Shown here: piece after piece, positions 1-12,263 of the stretch
Position numbering within the stretch: the stretch's first letter is position 1
How the letters are laid out: each line of letters begins with the position of its first letter
Assembly: GCA_964016885.1 (NCBI GenBank)
Contig: OZ024742.1
Location: 377,890,001 to 377,954,000 of the forward strand
DNA: 64,000 nucleotides
Origin: Eledone cirrhosa
Lineage: Eukaryota
Direction: 5' to 3'
Program-made: the position numbers and the translations under genes
The notes under the pieces: model-generated
Seen by the model: only the letters and a program-made list of their open reading frames with translations
What the model was told of the DNA's origin: nothing
The model's database searches: none

Positions 1-3000
1 ATTCCTACTTCTGTCACTTGTTAAACTATCTCTACAGAAGACTAGAACATATTTCTAAATCTGTCACTTGTTAAACTATCTCTACAGAAGACTAGAACAT
101 ATTTCTACTTCTGTCACTTGTTAAACTATCTCTACAGAAGACTAAATCATATTTCTACTTCTGTCACTTGTTAAACTATCTCTACAGAAGACTAGAACAT
201 AATTCTACTTCTTTCACTTGTTAAACTATCTCTACAGAAGACTAGAACATAATTCTACTTCTGTCACTTGTTAAACTATCTCTACAGAAGACTAGAACAT
301 AGTTCTACTTCTTTCACTTGTTAAACTATCTCTACAGAAGACTAGAACATAGAACATATTTCTACTTCTGTCACTTGTTAAACTATCTCTACAGAAGACT
401 AAAACATATTTCTACTTCTGTCACTTGTTAAACTATCTCTACAGAAGACTAGAACATAATTCTACTTCTCTCACTTGTTAAACTATCTCTACAGAAGACT
501 AGAACATAATTCCACTTCTGTAACTTGTTAAACTATCTCTACAGAATACTGGAACTTATTTCTACTTCTGTCACATGATAAACTATCTCTACAGAAGACT
601 AGAACATATTTCTACCTCTGTCACTTGTTAAACTATCTCTACAGAAGACTAGAACATATTTCTACTTCTGTCACTTGTTAAACTATCTCTACAGAAGACT
701 AGAACATAATTCTACTTCTGTCACTTGTTAAACTATCTCTACAGAAGACTAGAACATAATTCTACTTCTTTCACTTGTTAAACTATCTCTACAGAAGACT
801 AGAACATAATTCTACTTCTTTCACTTGTTAATCTATCTCTACAGAAGACTAGAACATAATTCTACTTCTGTTACTTGTTAAACTATCTCTACAGAAGACT
901 AGAACATAATTCTACTTCTGTCACTTGTTAAACTATCTCTACAGAAGACTAGAACTAATTTCTACTTCTGTCAGTTGTTAAACTATCACTAAAGAAGACT
1001 TGAACATATTTCTACTTCTGTCACTTGTTAAACTATCTCTACAGAAGACTAGAACATAGAACATATTTCTGCTTCTGTCACTTGTTAAAGTATCTCTACA
1101 GAAGACTAGAACATATTACTACTTCTGTCACTTGTTAAACTATCTCTACAGAAGACTAGAACATATTTCTACTACTGTCCCTTGTTAAACTCTCTCTACA
1201 GAAGACTAGAACATATTTCTACTACTGTCCCTTGTTAAACTATCTCTACAGAAGACTAGAACATATTTCTACTTCTGTCACTTGTTAAACTATCTCTACA
1301 GAATACTACGACATATTTCTACATCTGTCACATGTTAAACTATCTCTACAGAAGACTAGAACATATTTCTTCTTCTGTTACTTGTCACACTATCTCTGCA
1401 GAAGACTAGAACATAATTCTACTTCTGTCACTTGTTAACCTATCTCTACAGAAGACTAGAACATGATTCTACTACTCTCACTTGTTAAACTACCTCTACA
1501 GAAGACAAGAACATATTTCTACTTCTGTCACTTGTTAAACTACCTCAACAGAAGAATAGAACACATTTCTACTTCTGTCACTTGTTAAACTATCTCTAAA
1601 GAAGACTAGAACATATTTCTACTTCTGTCACATGTTAAACTATCTCTGCAGAAGACTAGAACATAGTTCTACTTCTGTCACTTGTTAAACTATCTCTACA
1701 GAAGACTAGAACGTAGAACATATTTCTACTTCTGTCACTTGTTAAACTATCTCTACATAAGACTAAATCATATTTCTACTTCTGTCACTTGTTAAACTAT
1801 CTCTACAGAAGACTAGAACATAGAACATATTTCTACTTCTGTCACTTGTTAAACTATCTCTACAGAAGACTAAAACATATTTCTACTTCTGTCACTTGTT
1901 AAACTATCTCTACAGAAGACTAGAACATAATTCTACTTCTTTCACTTGTTAAACTATCTCTACAGAAGACTAGAACATATCTACTTCTTTCACTTATTAA
2001 ACTATCTCTACAGAAGACTAGAACATAATTCTACTTCTGTCACTTGTTAAACTATCTCTACAGAAGACTAGAACATAATTCTACTTCTGTCACTTGTTAA
2101 ACTATCTCTACAGAAGACTAGAACTGATTTCTACATCTGTCAGTTGTTAAACTATCACTAAAGAAGACTTGAACATATTTCTACTTCTGTCACTTGTTAA
2201 ACTATCTCTACAGAAGACTAGAACATATTTCTACTTCTGTCACTTGTTAAACTATCTCTACAGAAGACTAGAACATATTTCTAAATCTGTCACTTGTTAA
2301 ACTATCTCTACAGAAGACTAGAACATATTTCTACTTCTGTCACTTGTTAAACTATCTCTACAGAAGACTAAATCATATTTCTACTTCTGTCACTTGTTAA
2401 ACTATCTCTACAGAAGACAAAACATAATTCTACTACTTTCACTTGTTAAACTATCTCTACAGAAGACTAGAACATAATTCTACTTCTTTCACTTGTTAAA
2501 CTATCTCTACAGAAGACTAGAACATAAGTCTACTTCTGTCACTTGTTAAACCATCTCTACAGAAGACTAGAACATAATTCTACTTCTCTCACTTGTTAAA
2601 CTATCTCTACAGAAGACTAGAACATAATTCCACTTCTGTAACTTGTTAAACTGTCTCTACAGAATACTAGAACTTATTTCTACTTCTGTCACATGATAAA
2701 CTATCTCTACAGAAGACTAGAACATATTTCTACCTCTGTCACTTGTTAAACTATCTCTACAGAAGACTAGAACATATTTCTACTTCTGTCACTTGTTAAA
2801 CTATCTCTACAGAAGACTAGAACATAATTCTACTTCTGTCACTTGTTAAACTATCTCTACAGAAGACTAGAACATAATTCTACTTCTTTCACTTGTTAAA
2901 CTATCTCTACAGAAGACTAGAACATAATTCTACTTCTTTCATTTGTTAATCTATCTCTACAGAAGACTAGAACATAATTCTACTTCTGTCACTTGTTAAA

Positions 3001-6000
3001 CTATCTCTACAGAAGACTAGAACATAATTCTACTTCTGTCACTTGTTAAACTATCTCTACAGAAGACTAGAACTAATTTCTACTTCTGTCAGTTGTTAAA
3101 CTATCACTAAAGAAGACTTGAACATATTTCTACTTCTGTCACTTGTTAAACTATCTCTACAGAAGACTAGAACATAGAACATATTTCTGCTTCTGTCACT
3201 TGTTAAAGTATCTCTACAGAAGACTAGAACATATTACTACTTCTGTCACTTGTTAAACTATCTCTACAGAAGACTAGAACATATTTCTACTACTGTCCCT
3301 TGTTAAACTCTCTCTACAGAAGACTAGAACATATTTCTACTACTGTCCCTTGTTAAACTATCTCTACAGAAGACTAGAACATATTTCTACTTCTGTCACT
3401 TGTTAAACTATCTCTACAGAATACTACGACATATTTCTACATCTGTCACATGTTAAACTATCTCTACAGAAGACTAGAACATATTTCTTCTTCTGTTACT
3501 TGTCACACTATCTCTACAGAAGACTAGAACATAATTCTACTTCTGTCACTTGTTAACCTATCTCTACAGAAGACTAGAACATGATTCTACTACTCTCACT
3601 TGTTAAACTACCTCTACAGAAGACAAGAACATATTTCTACTTCTGTCACTTGTTAAACTACCTCAACAGAAGAATAGAACACATTTCTACTTCTGTCACT
3701 TGTTAAACTATCTCTAAAGAAGACTAGAACATATTTCTACTTCTGTCACATGTTAAACTATCTCTGCAGAAGACTAGAACATAGTTCTACTTCTGTCACT
3801 TGTTAAACTATCTCTACAGAAGACTAGAACGTAGAACATATTTCTACTTCTGTCACTTGTTAAACTATCTCTACATAAGACTAAATCATATTTCTACTTC
3901 TGTCACTTGTTAAACTATCTCTACAGAAGACTAGAACATAGAACATATTTCTACTTCTGTCACTTGTTAAACTATCTCTACAGAAGACTAAAACATATTT
4001 CTACTTCTGTCACTTGTTAAACTATCTCTACAGAAGACTAGAACATAATTCTACTTCTTTCACTTGTTAAACTATCTCTACAGAAGACTAGAACATATCT
4101 ACTTCTTTCACTTGTTAAACTATCTCTACAGAAGACTAGAACATAATTCTACTTCTGTCACTTGTTAAACTATCTCTACAGAAGACTAGAACATAATTCT
4201 ACTTCTGTCACTTGTTAAACTATCTCTACAGAAGACTAGAACTGATTTCTACATCTGTCAGTTGTTAAACTATCACTAAAGAAGACTTGAACATATTTCT
4301 ACTTCTGTCACTTGTTAAACTATCTCTACAGAAGATTAGAACATAGAACATATTTCTGCTTCTGTCACTTGTTAAACTATCTCTGCAGAAGACTAGAACA
4401 TAGAACATATTTCTACTTCTGTCACTTGTTAAACTATCTCTACAGAAGACTAAAACATATTTCTACTTCTGTCACTTGTTAAACTATCTCTACAGAAGAC
4501 TAGAACATATTTCTACTTCTGTCACTTGTTAAACTATCTCTACAGAAGACTAGAACATATTTCTACTTCTGTCACTTGTTAAACTATCTCTACAGAAGAC
4601 TAGAACGTAGAACATATTTCTAATTCTGTCACTTGTTAAACTATCTCTACAGAAGACTAGAACATATTTCTACTACTGTCCCTTGTTAAACTCTCTCTAC
4701 AGAAGACTAGAACATATTTCTACTACTGTCCCTTGTTAAACTATCTCTACAGAAGACTAGAACATATTTCTACTTCTGTCACTTGTTAAACTATCTCTAC
4801 AGAATACTACGACATATTTCTACATCTGTCACATGTTAAACTATCTCTACAGAAGACTAGAACATATTTCTTCTTCTGTTACTTGTCACACTATCTCTAC
4901 AGAAGACTAGAACATAATTCTACTTCTGTCACTTGTTAACCTATCTCTACAGAAGACTAGAACATGATTCTACTACTCTCACTTGTTAAACTACCTCTAC
5001 AGAAGACAAGAACATATTTCTACTTCTGTCACTTGTTATACTACCTCAACAGAAGAATAGAACACATTTCTACTTCTGTCACTTGTTAAACTATCTCTAA
5101 AGAAGACTAGAACATATTTCTACTTCTGTCACATGTTAAACTATCTCTGCAGAAGACTAGAACATAGTTCTACTTCTGTCACTTGTTAAACTATCTCTAC
5201 AGAAGACTAGAACGTAGAACATATTTCTACTTCTGTCAGTTGTTAAACTATCTCTACATAAGACTAAATCATATTTCTACTTCTGTCACTTGTTAAACTA
5301 TCTCTACAGAAGACTAGAACATAGAACATATTTCTACTTCTGTCACTTGTTAAACTATCTCTACAGAAGACTAGAACATAGAACATATTTCTACTTCTGT
5401 CACTTGTTAAACTATCTCTACAGAAGACTAGAACATAATTCTACTTCTTTCACTTGTTAAACTATCTCTACAGAAGACTAGAACATATCTACTTCTTTCA
5501 CTTGTTAAACTATCTCTACAGAAGACTCGAACATAATTCTACTTCTGTCACTTGTTAAACTATCTCTACAGAAGATTAGAACATAGAACATATTTCTGCT
5601 TCTGTCACTTGTTAAACTATCTCTGCAGAAGACTAGAACATAGAACATATTTCTACTTCTGTCACTTGTTAAACTATCTCTACAGAAGACTAAAACATAT
5701 TTCTACTTCTGTCACTTGTTAAACTATCTCTACAGAAGACTAGAACATATTTCTACTTCTGTCACTTGTTAAACTATCTCTACAGAAGACTAGAACATAT
5801 TTCTACTTCTGTCACTTGTTAAACTATCTCTACAGAAGACTAGAACGTAGAACATATTTCTAATTCTGTCACTTGTTAAACTATCTCTACATAAGACTAA
5901 ATCATATTACTACTTCTGTCACTTGTTAAACTATCTCTACAGAAGACAAAACATAATTCTACTTCTTTCACTTGTTAAACTATCTCTACAGAAGACTAGA

Positions 6001-6811
6001 ACATAATTCTACTTCTTTCACTTGTTAAACTATCTCTACAGAAGACTAGAACATAATTCTACTTCTGTCACATGTTAAACTATCTCTACAGAAGACTAGA
6101 ACATAATTCTACTTCTTTCACTTGTTAAACTATCTCTACAGAAGACTAGAACATAATTCTACTTCTGTCACTTGTTAAACTATCTCTACAGAAGACTAGA
6201 ACATAATTCTACTTCTGTCACATGTTAAACAATCTCTACAGAAGACTAGAACATATTTCTACTTCTGTCACTTGTTAAACTATCTCTACAGAAGACTAGA
6301 ACATATTTCTACTTCTGTCACTTGTTAAACTATCTCTACAGAAGACTAGAACATAATTCTACTTCTGTCACTTGTTAAACTATCTCTACAGAAGACTAGA
6401 ACATAATTCTACTTCTGTCACTTGTTAAACTATCTCTACAGAAGACTAGAACATAGTTCTACTTCTTTCACTTGTTAAACTATCTCTACAGAAGACTAGA
6501 ACATAGAACATATTTCTACTTCTGTCACTTGTTAAACTATCTCTACAGAAGACTAAAACATATTTCTACTTCTGTCACTTGTTAAACTATCTCTACAGAA
6601 GACTAGAACATAATTCTACTTCTCTCACTTGTTAAACTATCTCTACAGAAGACTAGAACATAATTCCACTTCTGTAACTTGTTAAACTATCTCTACAGAA
6701 TACTGGAACTTATTTCTACTTCTGTCACATGATGAACTATCTCTACAGAAGACTAGAACATATTTCTACCTCTGTCACTTGTTAAACTATCTCTACAGAA
6801 GACTAGAACAT
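1..6811. repeat. Higher-order repeat unit A, copy 1 (6811 bp)
   Basis: Rare variants recur at +6811: ATTCCTAC at 1/6812, GGAACTT at 551/7362, GTAGAAC at 3831/10642. Confidence 0.9.
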
Positions 6812-9800
6812 ATTCCTACTTCTGTCACTTGTTAAACTATCTCTACAGAAGACTAGAACATATTTCTAAATCTGTCACTTGTTAAACTATCTCTACAGAA
6901 GACTAGAACATATTTCTACTTCTGTCACTTGTTAAACTATCTCTACAGAAGACTAAATCATATTTCTACTTCTGTCACTTGTTAAACTATCTCTACAGAA
7001 GACTAGAACATAATTCTACTTCTTTCACTTGTTAAACTATCTCTACAGAAGACTAGAACATAATTCTACTTCTGTCACTTGTTAAACTATCTCTACAGAA
7101 GACTAGAACATAGTTCTACTTCTTTCACTTGTTAAACTATCTCTACAGAAGACTAGAACATAGAACATATTTCTACTTCTGTCACTTGTTAAACTATCTC
7201 TACAGAAGACTAAAACATATTTCTACTTCTGTCACTTGTTAAACTATCTCTACAGAAGACTAGAACATAATTCTACTTCTCTCACTTGTTAAACTATCTC
7301 TACAGAAGACTAGAACATAATTCCACTTCTGTAACTTGTTAAACTATCTCTACAGAATACTGGAACTTATTTCTACTTCTGTCACATGATAAACTATCTC
7401 TACAGAAGACTAGAACATATTTCTACCTCTGTCACTTGTTAAACTATCTCTACAGAAGACTAGAACATATTTCTACTTCTGTCACTTGTTAAACTATCTC
7501 TACAGAAGACTAGAACATAATTCTACTTCTGTCACTTGTTAAACTATCTCTACAGAAGACTAGAACATAATTCTACTTCTTTCACTTGTTAAACTATCTC
7601 TACAGAAGACTAGAACATAATTCTACTTCTTTCACTTGTTAATCTATCTCTACAGAAGACTAGAACATAATTCTACTTCTGTTACTTGTTAAACTATCTC
7701 TACAGAAGACTAGAACATAATTCTACTTCTGTCACTTGTTAAACTATCTCTACAGAAGACTAGAACTAATTTCTACTTCTGTCAGTTGTTAAACTATCAC
7801 TAAAGAAGACTTGAACATATTTCTACTTCTGTCACTTGTTAAACTATCTCTACAGAAGACTAGAACATAGAACATATTTCTGCTTCTGTCACTTGTTAAA
7901 GTATCTCTACAGAAGACTAGAACATATTACTACTTCTGTCACTTGTTAAACTATCTCTACAGAAGACTAGAACATATTTCTACTACTGTCCCTTGTTAAA
8001 CTCTCTCTACAGAAGACTAGAACATATTTCTACTACTGTCCCTTGTTAAACTATCTCTACAGAAGACTAGAACATATTTCTACTTCTGTCACTTGTTAAA
8101 CTATCTCTACAGAATACTACGACATATTTCTACATCTGTCACATGTTAAACTATCTCTACAGAAGACTAGAACATATTTCTTCTTCTGTTACTTGTCACA
8201 CTATCTCTGCAGAAGACTAGAACATAATTCTACTTCTGTCACTTGTTAACCTATCTCTACAGAAGACTAGAACATGATTCTACTACTCTCACTTGTTAAA
8301 CTACCTCTACAGAAGACAAGAACATATTTCTACTTCTGTCACTTGTTAAACTACCTCAACAGAAGAATAGAACACATTTCTACTTCTGTCACTTGTTAAA
8401 CTATCTCTAAAGAAGACTAGAACATATTTCTACTTCTGTCACATGTTAAACTATCTCTGCAGAAGACTAGAACATAGTTCTACTTCTGTCACTTGTTAAA
8501 CTATCTCTACAGAAGACTAGAACGTAGAACATATTTCTACTTCTGTCACTTGTTAAACTATCTCTACATAAGACTAAATCATATTTCTACTTCTGTCACT
8601 TGTTAAACTATCTCTACAGAAGACTAGAACATAGAACATATTTCTACTTCTGTCACTTGTTAAACTATCTCTACAGAAGACTAAAACATATTTCTACTTC
8701 TGTCACTTGTTAAACTATCTCTACAGAAGACTAGAACATAATTCTACTTCTTTCACTTGTTAAACTATCTCTACAGAAGACTAGAACATATCTACTTCTT
8801 TCACTTATTAAACTATCTCTACAGAAGACTAGAACATAATTCTACTTCTGTCACTTGTTAAACTATCTCTACAGAAGACTAGAACATAATTCTACTTCTG
8901 TCACTTGTTAAACTATCTCTACAGAAGACTAGAACTGATTTCTACATCTGTCAGTTGTTAAACTATCACTAAAGAAGACTTGAACATATTTCTACTTCTG
9001 TCACTTGTTAAACTATCTCTACAGAAGACTAGAACATATTTCTACTTCTGTCACTTGTTAAACTATCTCTACAGAAGACTAGAACATATTTCTAAATCTG
9101 TCACTTGTTAAACTATCTCTACAGAAGACTAGAACATATTTCTACTTCTGTCACTTGTTAAACTATCTCTACAGAAGACTAAATCATATTTCTACTTCTG
9201 TCACTTGTTAAACTATCTCTACAGAAGACAAAACATAATTCTACTACTTTCACTTGTTAAACTATCTCTACAGAAGACTAGAACATAATTCTACTTCTTT
9301 CACTTGTTAAACTATCTCTACAGAAGACTAGAACATAAGTCTACTTCTGTCACTTGTTAAACCATCTCTACAGAAGACTAGAACATAATTCTACTTCTCT
9401 CACTTGTTAAACTATCTCTACAGAAGACTAGAACATAATTCCACTTCTGTAACTTGTTAAACTGTCTCTACAGAATACTAGAACTTATTTCTACTTCTGT
9501 CACATGATAAACTATCTCTACAGAAGACTAGAACATATTTCTACCTCTGTCACTTGTTAAACTATCTCTACAGAAGACTAGAACATATTTCTACTTCTGT
9601 CACTTGTTAAACTATCTCTACAGAAGACTAGAACATAATTCTACTTCTGTCACTTGTTAAACTATCTCTACAGAAGACTAGAACATAATTCTACTTCTTT
9701 CACTTGTTAAACTATCTCTACAGAAGACTAGAACATAATTCTACTTCTTTCATTTGTTAATCTATCTCTACAGAAGACTAGAACATAATTCTACTTCTGT

Positions 9801-12263
9801 CACTTGTTAAACTATCTCTACAGAAGACTAGAACATAATTCTACTTCTGTCACTTGTTAAACTATCTCTACAGAAGACTAGAACTAATTTCTACTTCTGT
9901 CAGTTGTTAAACTATCACTAAAGAAGACTTGAACATATTTCTACTTCTGTCACTTGTTAAACTATCTCTACAGAAGACTAGAACATAGAACATATTTCTG
10001 CTTCTGTCACTTGTTAAAGTATCTCTACAGAAGACTAGAACATATTACTACTTCTGTCACTTGTTAAACTATCTCTACAGAAGACTAGAACATATTTCTA
10101 CTACTGTCCCTTGTTAAACTCTCTCTACAGAAGACTAGAACATATTTCTACTACTGTCCCTTGTTAAACTATCTCTACAGAAGACTAGAACATATTTCTA
10201 CTTCTGTCACTTGTTAAACTATCTCTACAGAATACTACGACATATTTCTACATCTGTCACATGTTAAACTATCTCTACAGAAGACTAGAACATATTTCTT
10301 CTTCTGTTACTTGTCACACTATCTCTACAGAAGACTAGAACATAATTCTACTTCTGTCACTTGTTAACCTATCTCTACAGAAGACTAGAACATGATTCTA
10401 CTACTCTCACTTGTTAAACTACCTCTACAGAAGACAAGAACATATTTCTACTTCTGTCACTTGTTAAACTACCTCAACAGAAGAATAGAACACATTTCTA
10501 CTTCTGTCACTTGTTAAACTATCTCTAAAGAAGACTAGAACATATTTCTACTTCTGTCACATGTTAAACTATCTCTGCAGAAGACTAGAACATAGTTCTA
10601 CTTCTGTCACTTGTTAAACTATCTCTACAGAAGACTAGAACGTAGAACATATTTCTACTTCTGTCACTTGTTAAACTATCTCTACAGAAGACTAGAACAT
10701 AATTCTACTTCTGTCACTTGTTAAACTATCTCTACAGAAGACTAGAACATAATTCTACTTCTTTCACTTGTTAAACTATCTCTACAGAAGACTAGAACAT
10801 AATTCTACTTCTTTCATTTGTTAATCTATCTCTACAGAAGACTAGAACATAATTCTACTTCTGTCACTTGTTAAACTATCTCTACAGAAGACTAGAACAT
10901 AATTCTACTTCTGTCACTTGTTAAACTATCTCTACAGAAGACTAGAACTAATTTCTACTTCTGTCAGTTGTTAAACTATCACTAAAGAAGACTTGAACAT
11001 ATTTCTACTTCTGTCACTTGTTAAACTATCTCTACAGAAGACTAGAACATAGAACATATTTCTGCTTCTGTCACTTGTTAAAGTATCTCTACAGAAGACT
11101 AGAACATATTACTACTTCTGTCACTTGTTAAACTATCTCTACAGAAGACTAGAACATATTTCTACTACTGTCCCTTGTTAAACTCTCTCTACAGAAGACT
11201 AGAACATATTTCTACTACTGTCCCTTGTTAAACTATCTCTACAGAAGACTAGAACATATTTCTACTTCTGTCACTTGTTAAACTATCTCTACAGAATACT
11301 ACGACATATTTCTACATCTGTCACATGTTAAACTATCTCTGCAGAAGACTAGAACATAGTTCTACTTCTGTCACTTGTTAAACTATCTCTACAGAAGACA
11401 AAACATAATTCTACTTCTTTCACTTGTTAAACTATCTCTACAGAAGACTAGAACATAATTCTACTTCTTTCACTTGTTAAACTATCTCTACAGAAGACTA
11501 GAACATAATTCTACTTCTGTCACATGTTAAACTATCTCTACAGAAGACTAGAACATAATTCTACTTCTTTCACTTGTTAAACTATCTCTACAGAAGACTA
11601 GAACATAATTCTACTTCTGTCACTTGTTAAACTATCTCTACAGAAGACTAGAACATAATTCTACTTCTGTCACATGTTAAACAATCTCTACAGAAGACTA
11701 GAACATATTTCTACTTCTGTCACTTGTTAAACTATCTCTACAGAAGACTAGAACATATTTCTACTTCTGTCACTTGTTAAACTATCTCTACAGAAGACTA
11801 GAACATAATTCTACTTCTGTCACTTGTTAAACTATCTCTACAGAAGACTAGAACATAATTCTACTTCTGTCACTTGTTAAACTATCTCTACAGAAGACTA
11901 GAACATAGTTCTACTTCTTTCACTTGTTAAACTATCTCTACAGAAGACTAGAACATAGAACATATTTCTACTTCTGTCACTTGTTAAACTATCTCTACAG
12001 AAGACTAAAACATATTTCTACTTCTGTCACTTGTTAAACTATCTCTACAGAAGACTAGAACATAATTCTACTTCTCTCACTTGTTAAACTATCTCTACAG
12101 AAGACTAGAACATAATTCCACTTCTGTAACTTGTTAAACTATCTCTACAGAATACTGGAACTTATTTCTACTTCTGTCACATGATGAACTATCTCTACAG
12201 AAGACTAGAACATATTTCTACCTCTGTCACTTGTTAAACTATCTCTACAGAAGACTAGAACAT
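6812..12263. repeat. Higher-order repeat unit A, copy 2 (5452 bp, internally rearranged)
   Basis: Tracks copy 1 at +6811 to ~10685, re-copies a ~0.7-kb upstream block (CATTTGTTAATC at 9751 and 10815), then rejoins copy 1 at +5452 (AGAAGACAAAAC at 5941/11393; ATTCCTAC at 6812/12264). Confidence 0.85.

Noticed and set aside
1-50. Origin of the 50-mer from a 25-bp or 10-bp sub-repeat (TCTAC at positions 4 and 31 of the consensus; AGAA at 36 and 44)
   Set aside because: The matches are only 4-5 bp with inconsistent offsets, which is too weak to support a sub-period.
294-306. Steroid-response element (AGAACAnnnTGTTCT) or heat-shock element (nGAAnnTTCn) look-alike in AGAACATAGTTCT / AGAACATATTTCT
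   Set aside because: Half-site spacing fits neither consensus (GAA to TTC gap is 5, not 2; no TGTTCT half-site), and there is no gene context.
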